Of a stretch of 64,000 bases of DNA, positions 48,263-62,138 are shown piece after piece. Position numbers and translations under genes: made by a program. The notes below the pieces were generated by a model, which had not been told where the DNA came from, ran no database searches, and saw only the letters and a list, made by a program, of their open reading frames with translations. The DNA is from Vermamoeba vermiformis (lineage: Eukaryota): positions 62,001-126,000 of the forward strand of contig JBEWZL010000306.1 of NCBI GenBank assembly GCA_045837725.1, written 5' to 3'. How positions within the stretch are numbered: the stretch's first letter is position 1; each line of letters begins with the position of its first letter.

Positions 48263-48840
48263 TTACTATGCTTTATCAATAACTATCTTATTCTGCTAGT
48301 GACTGGCCATCACACTGATATTTATTGGAATTGTTGTCGTTCTGAGGACGTGGCTGAAAACTATCTCCGGCCACAAAATTTCGCGTTTGATGACGTGTGG
48401 TGCAGATGACTTGTCTCACACGCATACCAATTATTTATCTAACTTAACGCTTGACCACAAGATCCGGAGAACACCGTGTCCGCAGGCAAACTCAAAGTTT
48501 TGTTGACAAAGCACATACCTAAGCAGTACTATTGATGGCGCGTCACAATCAATACCACGAATATCACCACCGCGAGAGCCATCATCATACTCATCAACAC
48601 AACAAAGGTACATTAGATCAACGCAGTTACAAGTGTGATAATTTTGAAAGCTTACAAACCACAGAAACTGCTCGTTGCATTTTGGTTTTTTAACAATGAG
48701 CCACGCCTTTCAGCCTGCCTCACTGATAATTTTATTCATGAACCAGAAACAAGTCAATAAGAGCTATTTATAGTATTGCAAATCATAGTAAAACAAATGG
48801 TCGTGAAGTTTGAACGCGGCCGTTCTTCTAAGCCTGGTGC

Positions 48841-51196
48841 TTATTCAGAGTCAGAATCGGCGTTCCTGCAATAAGTGATTAATACTCTGGCCTATAATAA
48901 GTGTGATTTTAATAGGACTTACTTGAGCCATTCAATGAAAGGCTGAGCGGCCTTGCGGATCTTGGCCGAGGCTTCAGGATCAAACTTCTTGTTGGGGTGG
49001 TCGTTCCACTTAAGAAGGATCTCTATATAAAGCAAAAAATCGCGTTAGATTCGCTTGTTTCACAACGTTAAATTAATTTTAAATTTATCACCACGGAAAT
49101 TACGTCCGAATTATTTTCGTTAAAGTTAGGAAATTAAATTAACCACAAAATCACCCTCAATAAATCGTAGGACTATATTAATTGCTAAATATATGAAACT
49201 ACTTTCGTACCTTCTTCGAGAACTTCAGCGTCGTAAAGCGCGTTCAAGATAGTGGGCAGTTTGGGCAAGACAGTCGGTTCACCCACGCACAACTTTTCAA
49301 TGCACAACATGACAATCTTTTGGCGCATTTCGTCAGTCACAAACTGCGAGTAAGACCATGTTAGTATATGATTTACTATAGTCCTAAGCGATGGCAAAGA
49401 CGCACCTTGGCCAAGATCGAGGCACGAGTCTTGAGCTGATCAACGATGTTCTTGTCAAACAACGAGAAGAACACACCTTGGACGAAGGTTCTGTCGCTCC
49501 AGCCCTCGCGTTCTTGGATGGCCTTAGCCTTGGCAATGCTGGCCTTGGCGTTGGTCTTGTCGATCTTGGTCACGATCTCAGCCAACTCATCAGCAGCATC
49601 TACATGAAAACAACATTAATAAGCTGCATATAATAGTAACAGTAAGTGTTGTTATCGCTTCAGATTTGCTCTACGCAGATCTGTTGCTGAAAAAAATTCG
49701 CTCTGGATGTACCAATTTTCGGTACCGATGCGACGTTGATATATGATTGAATTATATAAGAGCCATATAACTTACCCTTGACCTTGGGCTTCTCTTCAGC
49801 AGGCTTTTCGCTGATGTTCAAATCGTTCTGCACGAGGCTGGCCAGTTGGGTAGTTCCATCACCCAACAACTCGCGACGACGTCTCTCCACGGCCTCTTTA
49901 GAAGTGTCAGTGGACCACTGCACGTCATCCTCTTCGTCCTTGGGCGAGGCCTTGACCTCGTTGGTGTTGCCGTTCTCTTCGGGCTTGTCGTCACCGCTGT
50001 CACCATTTTGGTCATCGCCGTTCTCACCGTTTTGGTCCTTGTTCTTCTCAGCGCGGCGTTGGGCCTTAGTCTTGGCAGGCTCGTCTTTCTTCTTGTCTCT
50101 ATTCAATTACGATATTATTAGTAAATTTATCGTGATACGAAAAAACTTCTCGTTTCTGGGTTGCATCCAGAATTCCGAAAATTTGCATATACAGTGATTT
50201 TACAACGTAAAAATGCTGCTCTTCAATTTAATCAATTATAAAAATGAAAATGTAATCATAATTCGTAAAAAAAACTTTTTTGCGATCCGATCGGATGCGC
50301 GAGGTCTGGTGATCATAGTAATTGTCGTATCAAGTACATACTGAGTGGGAGGGTTCTTAACGATGAATGAAGTCAATTTGTGAGCCAAGTCAGTGCGAGT
50401 GACAGTACCACAGGCTTTGCAGACCAAGTCAACTTCACCCTTAGGAGTGATCTTGATCACGGTTTCAGGGTTTTGATCTTGCTTGCACAAAACGAACTTC
50501 TCAATGAATCCGTCCAAAAGCTGCAAATATCATTCGATTAATGCCGGATCCAAGCAGTTTAACAGAATTATCATAAAAAAATTTTCGTTTTGTGACCGTT
50601 GAATGGAGATCAGCCATAGAAAATGTTGTAATATTCATGTAAAATATTAGGACTATACTTACAGTTGCAAGAGACTCGGCAGAGTGGCTTCCGTTAACAA
50701 CGTAACGATCCTTTTCGATCTTAGTTTGAGCTCCAAGTTCGAATCCAAAATACTTGGTGGGGTCTAAAATTTAATTAATTAATACGACGTCACTACCGTG
50801 TATTAAAGTGATCGTTATGGAATGAAAATTGAGCATAAATTGTGGATAGAAAAAATAACTGGAGATCGAGAAGATGCCGGGAATGAATACAACGTTGTAA
50901 AAAGGGTTCGGAAAAATCACATAATAATACAAATATTACTGGCTTATAGTACTTACATGATGGAGGTCGGTCAAGACATTTTGCAATGTCGGCCATGTTC
51001 GTGATCACAGTCTTTATACCATTACCGCGGCCTTCGATCTAATCGCATCAAAGCATTAATTATGAGAAAAATAGGAGTAATATAATAGATTTATAATATT
51101 TACCTTAGCTTGCAGAACAGGCATCCAGTATCTGAAGTGAGGATCTTGGATACCTCTGGGGATAGTAACTTTTCCTTCGTTCTTCTTACTCGCCAT
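48841..51196 (-). CDS. EIF5: Translation initiation factor eIF5
   Basis: [51 protein letters not shown]2 domain ending [16 protein letters not shown]. Confidence 0.95.
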
Positions 51197-51687
51197 TTTG
51201 ATTGTGTAGTCGTTGTATTAAATTAGATTTTAGTTTCGGTGTAGTTGGTACGTTTTATGTCAGGTGAAAACGGAATCGATCTGATTTGCAATAATTTTCG
51301 ATGGTTGTGATAATAAAAATGCATGTAACGCGATATTCGTAGGGATGTATCTGTTGATGGACAACAGTGTTTTGTGTTGCGTTGTTTGTGCTTTTGGTTG
51401 AAATAATTGAGTTCGCTTGACAAAACTTAACCTTTTGTGCATAAAAATTGGACCAATCAGATAACAGCTCGTTAAAATTGATAAAATGTGTAGCGCCTTA
51501 GCCATAACCTCTCCACTTTACTATAGAGCTGTCAGACAAGGATCGGCAAGGGTCCCTTCTGATTCCAACTGAAAAGTCAGGATTTTTCAGGATCCAGACA
51601 GAACGATTAAATTGCGCGCGAATTCATTTAACTTTTATATTTATTGAATAGGCTGTACAACATTAACGTTAACCATGTTAACAAAAT

Positions 51688-54600
51688 TTAAAGCTTGGCG
51701 TAAGCAGGAGGATCCAACTTTCGCTTGATCAGTTTGCCAAGGTAGACAGGCAAGCAGCTGATCGCAGTAATAACAAATACTCTCCATATAAAGCCCCAGC
51801 TAGTAATGAAGGTAATATCTACGAGATAGTGTGTTAGTATTCAGGCTGATTGATAAAAAGCACTATTGTTGAGCGTCAGATCTCGATCCGGTACTTACCG
51901 AAATATGATCTCAAAACAATCATACTGACTACGTAGATGATAATAGTCGCCACCTCAGAGATGATCATCACCAAGTGCCATTTGTGGACTTCAAAGGCGA
52001 CGTTCAACAACTCGGTCAAGATCAGGGTTGTGAATGTGATAGAGACGATGTTCAAGAACGAGTCCTCGAACAAGAAGATCGCCAACAACATAATAACACC
52101 TCCCTGGTAGATGCTCTGGAACACCCAAATGAAGAACGACTTGTACGACAACGCACGGCCCTTTTGAAGTTCTTGATAGAGCTCGGGGTATTTGAAGGCC
52201 TTATCTTCGTCAATGTCTTCGTCAAGCACCAATGAGAACACAGGGAACATAGTGTACCACAAGGAGTAACCAACGACCAACCAGCCCTAGAAGCAGAATT
52301 ATTAGAACCTGAGATCTAACTGTTTCTATTGATAGTCCTTACATTGTAAACAGCGACGGCGACAAAGAAGAAGATTGAAGAGAAAATAGCTTGAATGACT
52401 GAAATGATCAGACCTCTGTGAATAACGAAATTTCCCAATCGAGCTGATCGTTTGTACGAGTTACGGCCGTGCCACACTACCAATAATGTTAGTTTTGACA
52501 CGGTCACATGGTCGTTATGAAGAACTTACGCATCAAACGAGAGATGTAGCTGAATTGCAAGATGGAGAAGTCAGCAGCAAGCGAGGCTTGTTTGCCTTCT
52601 TTGCCGACAATACCGAGACCAACATCAGCAGCTTGAATCATGCTCACGTCATTGCCTCCGTCACCAATGGCAGCAGTTTGTTTTTGAGTGTAGTTCTTGA
52701 TCAATTTGACAATCTCGGCCTTTTGAGTCGGCGAGCAACGGCAGCACACGACAGCAGGAGCCTTGCAAGAAATCTTTGCAAACATTTCGCGGTAGTTGTC
52801 GAGGCAGATCTGCAACGAGTTACCGTCGATGATCAAACAGCAGTCCTTCTTGCTGGCGAAGATGTTCAATTGAGTATAGGCCTCTTGCTTCTCTTTAACA
52901 ACGAAAGAATGAATGTCCTAAATAAAATAATTAGAATAAACAGTAATATTGTAAAATCATTAGCTGGCACGTACTTGTTTCTTGGAAATCAAACCAGCGC
53001 TAATAGCAATGCAAGTAGCAGTTTCAATCTTGTCACCAGTCAACATCCAAATCTTCAGACCGGCATTGCGCAACATTTCAAGGGTCTGTTGAACGCCAGG
53101 TTGCAATTTGTCTTCAACACCAGTGAGACCAATCAACTCGAGGTTCTCTTCCAATGTCTCAATAACAGCTTGCACATTGGCAGCACGGTTTTGAATGGTG
53201 GTCTTGGCCTTAGTCAAACGAGCAGAGAAGTCTTCGTACTCTTCTTCGGTCAAGTCTTTCTTGCCAAAGACGAGCGTGCGCAGACCTTCGCGGGCCATGT
53301 TGCCGCACTCTTCTTCGAGCCAGTCATTTGCTTGAACAATGCGTGCCATGACAGCATCAGCACCCTTCATGTAGAAGGTAATGGTGTTCGTCTTAGTGTC
53401 CTTGACAATGATGCCCATACGCTTAGTTTCGGAAGTGAACGGGAACACGTTCAAAATCTCGTAATCCTAAAGTCACACATTAGTGGCCTGTTGCCGCAGT
53501 ACTAACGAGAAGGTGGCACTTACGAGGAACTCGCCAATAGGATTCTTCAAAGTCATAGTGTGCAACGAGCGCTTGTACAAAGTCATGCCGACAGACTCGG
53601 TGAACTTGACCAACGCAACCTCGTCAGGGCTGCTAGCTTGGTACTCGAGCTTGCCGTGCTCGTCCATGTTAGGAGTGACATTGTGAGCCAAAGCAATCGC
53701 AGTGATGGCTGACAAAGTACGTTGCGAAGCAGAGCGGCGTTGTTTGTTGTCAACTAAAAGCGAAATATCATTAAAATTACCGTCACTACGAGAACAATAG
53801 TTTTAACCTACCGAAGATGCCAGAGTTCTCGCGGCCAGTGTAAGCGTTCTCCAAATTGTTTTCAAGCTCGTCGATGGTGTTGTCAGTGAAGGCAATGCTA
53901 CCAAGGTTCAATCGCTTGAAAATCATTTCGTTCTGAGTGAGCGTGCCAGTCTTGTCGGACATCAAGTAGCTGATTCGACCGAGTTCTTCAGGGATGGTAC
54001 TCGTTCTCACAATAGTGCCAGCGATCTTGTTGTCACGCATAATCCACCACGAGTAAAGTGTCTTGCCCATATCCAAGTTGACACGAAGACTATACTCACG
54101 TTAATAACGAATTTCATGCAAAAAACATCAGTTGTTAGGACGTACCTGATGGGAATGATGGATGAAAAGAGCAACACGAAGCGGAAGAAAATAATGAACC
54201 AAGCACCGTGGAACTTGTTCAACGCGACCAACAAGAAGGCAAGCACGACCAATAAACCGAACAAGACCTTTGAAAGCTTGTTCAACTCTTGATCGAGCAA
54301 TCCGACCTTGGTCTGAGGCTGACTTGTGTTCATGACACTGCGCGTGTCAGCACCGGTGTAAATGGCGAGACCAATCACTGTTCCCGAGGCCACGACGGTG
54401 TTCATCCACATGGTGTTTTCGACGCTCAACGGTTCAACTTGTTGCTGCAAATGAACGAGACATTAGCACAACACAAACATAAAAATATTATCGTATTGAG
54501 GCTAGCGTTATCTTTTCTTACCTTATTGTCGCCGTAGAATCGAGTGAAGTTACCAATAAAGTTGTAAATATCCTTCTTGGGCTTCTCGACATAAACACTC

Positions 54601-56005
54601 GCGCGGATCTTCAACAAACTGTCGTCTGAAGGTAACTTGTGGCAGCTCGGAACAGCACGACTATGGTACCATTATGGTTAGCTCGGCAGTCTTAATATAT
54701 TGCACCGACTTACCGCAACTTCCAATCAGTCTCACCGTCCAATTGATCGGTACGAATGAACGACGCACCAGCCTTCTCGCTTGTCTTGAGCAACAACAAA
54801 TCAGCAGGCACCTATCGGTATATATAAGCACTGTATAAGAGAGTAGTAATATCGTATATAGGACGTACACGTTGGTTAGTGTTGACGCGGATCAGATCTC
54901 CAACTTGAATGTCAGAGCTGGGAATGGAGACAAATCCACCGAGCGTCAATTTCTCGTACATTTGACTGTTGGCTTCTTTGTCTCGCTTGTATCGTTTGTA
55001 ATCGTCATAAGCTTCTTTCGTGATAGTTACTAACAACACAAAAACGAGGGGTGACACGTAAGTGAACAAATAGCCTAAGGGAGCGTAATAGTTAGTATGA
55101 GAGCTAGTGAATTATTTTCGAAGAATTTTCTTACCGATTTTCAACACGGGGATAAATTGAGACAAGGCGACCAATAAGAAATACAAATTGAAGAAAAATT
55201 TGAATTGTTCGTACAAAATAACAAACAAGAAGGTCCACGGGCTATATTAAATCATATTAGTATCTACATAATCCTAGATATCGACATTTCGATGCTAATT
55301 TCTACATTTTAGCGCAATTCCCGCTCCGATGAACAAAAATTCGAAATTTTGTTAGTAATTACGACTTACTTGTATTTTTGATTTCTGATCACGTTTTGAG
55401 CCAATTTAGTTTCGTCCGTAACGACATTAGCTTTGCCTAATTGCAGCTCAATAGTCCTATTTTAATAACGAATTTTCGAATTAGAATTTTTTGAATTATT
55501 TGTCTAAATAGGGTTATTATAATCGTACCTTGAATAGTAGACCTTGCGTTTTCTGCATGCGCACATGACACGCTTCATTTTTTCTTTCCAAGTCGCTGGA
55601 GGCGCATCTACTTCTTCGACATCCTCTTTCTCGTGCACCAGAGAATTGTCTTGCGATTCATCGAGATTATCGCCGTCTTCATCTAATGCAACTTGGTTCT
55701 CGTCATCTTTGCGTGGATCGCCCACGCCAATATATTCCTTAAGCAAAAACATAAAAATCAGAAATTATTATTTTTCGTAGATAATTTAGAATTCGCAAGT
55801 GAGGCATGATATAAAATGAGTTATTGTAGTAAAGATAATTTTAGTATTATTTGCAAATAAGAAAAATTATTCTTACCACATCTGAACCAGATCCTCCAGC
55901 ACCGTGTTCTATTTCATGATCTTCTTCAATAATTAACGATTCTGAATAATTATTATTTCTAATAACATTCAAAGGCTGGTCTTTAATCTTCTTTCTATCA
56001 GCCAT
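51688..56005 (-). CDS. ATP9: P4-type ATPase phospholipid flippase, ATP9/NEO1 subfamily
   Basis: [59 protein letters not shown]. Confidence 0.92.
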
Positions 56006-56245
56006 TTGATAATCAATCTCAGTCCCAATTAATTATCGCTCTGGATCTTCGGTATTTTACGGTTCTACCTCTTTGAAGATAAATAACAGTGATTGTATAT
56101 CAATATAAATATGTCGGGCTTGTATGGATCTCAAAGCCAACGGCAAAACACAATAAATCGAAAAACGAAAAAAAATAATTTGGCTTGAATTTTGCCGGCC
56201 ACAAAAATCTGCTATTTGCTTAGTTTACTGCTATAAAATACAACA

Positions 56246-56863
56246 CTAGGGTTTAAATGCGATTGTTTCATTTAGCTCGCCGATCACAAAGGTACCGTTT
56301 GTGGATTGAGTCAGATACCGCTCAATGAAGACTTGGATCGCAGCTGTTATAGGCACATTGTCACCCACATTAATGAATAAGGCGGGTCCTTGTGATTTGA
56401 TCGAGATAGTATTGGGTTGGACGCCTCCTTTGTTTTCGGTAGGTAGATTGAAGTGTTTGTAAATCAGCTCGCTAAAACCAACCTAAAAATTATTATTATA
56501 ATTAAATATGAATATTTATCGTGAAAATTTTACGTAATAATAACTTACGACAACGGGGATTCTAGATTGCGTCGCATTAAAGTCTTGGTGAAATGACACG
56601 TTTCTAAGCCATACTACGTCCTTTACTGGATGAAATATACGACCTATAAATTAATTTCACATTAATAAAGATAAATAAGCAACAAAGTTACAATTTTTCA
56701 TTCTTTCGATCTGCATGCAGAGCATCTTACCTGATATCTTAGTGATGTGCTCGATAAGTAATTCAATTGCTTTATCATTTTCTTCGTTGCCATCGATAGG
56801 CGATATAATACAATGCGTTGTTGGTTTGAACACCAACCCAAATAATTCAATGCTGTTACTCAT
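56246..56863 (-). CDS. Hypothetical protein, 3 exons
   Basis: ATG at 56863 and two GT-AG introns give a continuous frame to TAG at 56246; no family recognised. Confidence 0.55.
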
Positions 56864-57108
56864 CACGATAAGTTGAATCAATTAATGTTAAACTAATGAA
56901 CCTGCCTTAACTTATTAATATAACCGACTAAATATGTCACTGGTTCACCGAAATTCGCCTAAAATAGCCGAAAGTCAGGCCCGACCTCCAGCTACAATTA
57001 ATGCCTCGAAGAGTTATAAAAACTAGCAATATACAATAATATGGTATTATTTACAATCGATACGCTATTTAATACAAGGTAAGTCTAACGGGTTTGAGCT
57101 TTTTTGAG

Positions 57109-58735
57109 TTAGATGTTGTCTTCGTCCTCCACAACGGCATTGATGAAGTTAATCACCTCGCGATGAAATTCTTCGAATTTTTCAAACTGACAGACGTGGC
57201 CTGCGCCTTTAATCACCACAATCTTTGAATGATCGCCTTTCAATGCTGCTTGGAACTTTTCTTGCGAGAATCTAAAGTCGCATAGCGATCCATTAGTAAA
57301 TAATGCTTAAATAGTAATAAAGCGAGATTAACTAGCCATCGTACGAGTAAATAAAGCCAATGAACAAATTCAAAATTTTGGATCAAGATCTGCGCGAATA
57401 AATTTGGACCTCTAGAGGGTTGTAATAGTATATAACCACGTACCGCATATCTTTCTCTCCTGAAATCATCAATTTAGGAATAGTAGGCACGCCTAAGCAC
57501 TCTGAACTGTATTCTGGTGTCGGATCCATCATGAGAGCAGTACAATCGAGCCACATGTCCATATCCATTTGACTTCGGAATATGGCGTCTTTCATAAGCT
57601 ATATAGAAGTTAATACGATATAATTGCTTAATTTATTGTTTGAGTACTTACTGGAAATGCCTCCTTGGAATAGTTCCAAGTGTAGCGGTATTCATACGCG
57701 CGAGGCGTCAATTTGTAAATAATATTGGCGGTATTACTCATCATCTTTAACTCTATAATAGAATATTAATATAGCGCTGATAGCAAAGTATTTTTGGAGC
57801 GCATCTGAACTTACTGAGCGGAGTCCATTCGTTCAAAGCAGCGCCCATAATAGCACCTCGTACTAAATGAGGATACTCTTTACATAGAGCCATCGTTACG
57901 TAAGCACCCATTGAATGGCCGTAAACAAATGCTCTTTTTTCGGGCACTTGTTGTTCGATCACATCCACTACGGTCCGTAACGCGGATTCGCGAGTCAATT
58001 TTTCTCCACGACGAGATCCTAAACCAGGCAACTCAACGCTAATAACGCGGTAGTGTTTAGAGAGTTCTTTGAGCGACGGCAAACAGCCCATCCGAGTCGT
58101 CATTGCTCCAGAAATCAAGACGACGGTAACTTCCGCATTGGCAGGTCCAGCAATATCGACTGAATATAGAGGTTAATTGGAATTGATTCACGAATAAATT
58201 TCTGAAATTGAAATATTTTTTCAAATAAATTGCGGTGAACTGGTGCGGATTGAGCTTGAAACGGTAAAAATAGCTAAATAAAGTACTTACAGTGTCTAGT
58301 ATAGTCCAAGTTAGAATATCTCTTCAAGCAATCGTCGCAAACACGTTGTGGAACGTCATAGTCGAAGTTATCTGATCCAAACGTCATTACGTTAAACAAC
58401 CGATTTTTCAATAACGAAGCAAATATTAAATTAATATTATACTACGAGTATATTACTACATTGCGCGGATTAAACAAATTCTAAGGTTTAAGTGTTGCAG
58501 ATTTGGCATTTTTCTAATTTTACGAAGCGTAACAAAGAAAATAAGAGGTATAGTTACCTGGCAGTAATATAAAGACATCGGCACATGTTTTGCAAAATAT
58601 AAAGCCGCACGCCATGCAGTGGTATTTAATCGAGAAGAATCCAAACTCGGATTTGCATCGATTGCATTTGTCGGCCTTGCTCTTCTCTTGAAGCACTGGC
58701 TTTACTCTTCCTATTATAACAGGCCCTTGTTCCAT
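57109..58735 (-). CDS. FYVE-like zinc finger fused to alpha/beta-hydrolase
   Basis: CNRC..YHCMACGFIFCKTC..RVCDDC; hydrolase nucleophile GHSMG, acid in SGEKD, His in GAGHVC. Confidence 0.85.
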
Positions 58736-58834
58736 CTTGTGTTGTGCTTCTTTTTCGTGAAAGTTTTAAAATCAAGCTGCGCCATCCAGTTCGTTAGTAT
58801 TATTTTTGTAACGGAATGGTAAACATATGACGGA

Positions 58835-61818
58835 ATGACCGAGGAACCTAAGGAGACTAGTCAAGGAGTTAAGCGCAAAGAGGCTCCTGAATTGGGTGAG
58901 GATCTGCCCGTTAGTCCTGTCAAAGTAAGTTTTTTCGACGATCGTCGGTCAGATCGCGCCAAAAAAATCTATCGAAATATTAAGCAAATAAATAATACAT
59001 ATATAATATATTATATTTATGATATTCATTATTTGATCGATAATTATTAGCCGGTAACTAATATTCTAATTATTATTTTTTTGATCGCGAAGAAATTAAA
59101 AGAAACGCATGAAGGCGATATTATCCAAAAATTCGTAGAAATAAAACAAGAGCCACAACAAATACCAATTATTATAGAACCTCCACCGATACCAGACCCA
59201 ATTGCCACATCCGCATCTCCAAAACCTTTAGATGCAGTTACACCACCCCAACCAACAAATATACCACCCACAAATACAGAACAGTCTATTATGCAGCAAT
59301 CAGCACCAGTTCTACGAGCTGAACAGCCTCAGAATCGAATATTATCGAGCGACGAAGAAAAAGAATTATTAGAGCAATTACAAAATCAAGAAAAATCCAA
59401 TCCTGTATTAGCACGATTTCGGAGGAAATTGGCAATACGACAGGTATGATTATAAGACCATATATAATATTTTTGATTTAAATAATTTTTTTGGATCACG
59501 ATTGACGTTAGGCCGATCCCGCACAAATTTATCAATATTTATAATATTAAATGATTTATAATTATACTTGTGCAATAGTATACTTAGATTTTAGAAAAAT
59601 TAGAGCTATTTTTAAATAACAAAATTATTCCAAAATAGGCAAAGAGGAGTCAAGGCCACGAAGACAAAATTTTTGATTTGGAGCAATTAATTACAACATA
59701 TACCAACACTACGGAGAAAAAAGAACGAAGATTAGTGCAATTTTATCCTAAGAAACAGATCTACAATTATCTCAAGTCAATGCCTTCCCCGAAAAAACTC
59801 AAATCGAGCAGCAATGGCACTGCAAATGTGAATATAGCGAGCAATGGTAGTATCGGCCATAGCCATGCGATTGCGATTAAAAAAGAACACGATCCAAATA
59901 AGAAACCGATCGCGAGTGTCACGGGGACTGGCAACATCAGTGCCATCAAGCCTATTGTTCCGCCGACGACAGTAGCGACAGGATTGGCTGTCAATGTCAA
60001 GCCCAGCACGGCCAACAACACGAATGTCATTGCTCGTCAAGCCACTGCGACACCCATCGGCGTCAAAGTACCCGGATCCAACGCCATCAGTACGTCTCAC
60101 AAAAATCCATAATATTCATTCAAATACCATATCACAATCATATCCAACATATATATTATAATATTAGTATTAATATTGGCGTTAATGTGATTTTAATTTG
60201 TGTTTAGGTATCACGAACCAAGCTTACATTACAAGTGCCGGCAAGACACCAATTTTGATTCCAGGACTCAAGCCTGGCACAGGTGTCTTGGCTGGCAATG
60301 TAGTCACCGCGGGCATGCTCACTGGTGGTATAGTCAAAGGTGCTGGTAATAGTAAGTCGATCATACATGACCGGATCCAAAACATTTTTTTCCTTCCATC
60401 GAAATTTCATTAATAGGCGTTATACTATTGGTTAAATGTCACGTGCTAATTGTTATTTTGCAGCGCCGATTGCGGTGCGAGTGCAAGGTCCCGGCACGAC
60501 GCAAGTGCAAGCAGTGACAGTGCCCAATGCCCTGCCCAAAGGCAACATTGCAGTGGTGCCCGTGCAAGTGCCCAAAACAGGCACGAAAGGCATCACGCCG
60601 ATCTCCGTGCCCAAGCTCTCCACGCAAGCCATCACAGCGCAGCAGTTGATTATGAACCCGAAATTGGGTCAAGGCGCCACGCCAGTCCAATTGAAGCCCG
60701 TGACTTTGACAGCGGCCAACGCAAAGATGTTGGCGGGTGTGGTCAAGAACCCGAACGCCGTGGCAATTCCCAAAACAGGAAATGTCGTGGCAGTGGCTGG
60801 GTACCCGACAATCACAACTGCCAATGGGAAAAATCCAGGGTCTACCACGGGCCAAGTCATTACTGTTGGCGGAAGAACAGCCGTTGTGGTGCCAGTCTCC
60901 GCGGCTAAATTAGGCCAAGCGATGCCTAATGTCAACAAGCCAGGCACCACGACAGCCAGCGTGTTGAGTCCGACTGGCCGCGGCACAGCCATCGCAATCA
61001 GTCCGTCAACTGCCTCAGCTATTGCAGCCGTGACGGGTGTTGCACCGCCAGGGGGTGTCAAGGGCCAGCCAACACCTGCGTCAGTCAAGACAGTGCCGAT
61101 AATACAAGCCGCACTTGCCAAGACTTCCGTGCAGTCCGCAGTGCCCGTGCCAACCACCGCTGCTCCCAAACAAATTGCCATTCAGCCCAAGACCGCCACA
61201 CCCGTGCCATTGGCTCCCAAGCCCACGCCCATCGCACCGAATGTCAAATCACCCGTGCCCGTGACACCTGTCACAGTGACACCTGTCATCAGCCAACCAA
61301 TCCCCGCGACAGTCACACCTGCCGTCAATCCAGCCACAACCAACACGAATGTAGACAATACTAAGCCCGCTGAAGCCTCAGCAACGAATACCAATGTCAC
61401 GTCTAAGCCCGAAAGTGCGACCAATTCACCCACGACCACGACAAAAACTACCCGCCAAATTACTGCCAAAGCCACTGCCCCGACACCTGCGACTAGTGCC
61501 GCTAATCAAACTGAGAATAAGAACGATGCTGATAAGCCCGGCAATGACAAAAAGGCACCTGTTGCAGCGTCGAAAAAAGAAGCGCCGAAAGGGAAAGCGA
61601 CAAGTGCCGCAGCTGCAAAGAAAAATAATGCAAAGACTGCGAGTGAAGAGAAAGAAAAAGAAGAGAAAGAAGAACAGTCTAACAATAACGACAACGAAGA
61701 TGACACGGAGTCACCGTCACGGCGAAGAACAACGCGATCATCTGCGGCTAAAGCTGCGCCTGCTGCCAGTGCTGCGCCCAAAAAAGGAAACAGCAAGGCT
61801 AAAAAAGGCAAAAAATAA
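58835..61818 (+). CDS. Mostly low-complexity nuclear-type protein with a short helical motif resembling KAT14/CSRP2BP
   Basis: Spliced EEKELLEQL..LARFRRKLAIRQ|AKRSQGHEDKIFDLEQL; the rest is P/T/A/V/K-rich with a basic tail. Confidence 0.6.
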
Positions 61819-62138
61819 TATTTTTGTAAATAAGTTAAAAATAAACGACCTGTACTGTAATTAATTGAAACCAAAAGCTTATGTTATATATTATAAAGAG
61901 TGCTTAGTATTTCGATTTCAATCATTTTTTTATTTACAATTTTCAAAAAAGAAGTGACAATTATTCATAAATTCAAAATAAGAAAATTATGTTTCTTTCT
62001 TTACATGGCCGTCAACTTCTTCTTTTTTTCTTTTTTTACGTCAATTCCTTCTTCTTCTATTATTCCTATGTGACATTGAACTATATTACATTATTTAAAA
62101 ATTTGCTTTGATTTTTTTTTTGGGTCGATCCAGATCCG

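Noticed and set aside
52486-53505. 339-aa plus-strand ORF
   Set aside because: Antisense shadow of the P4-ATPase exons.
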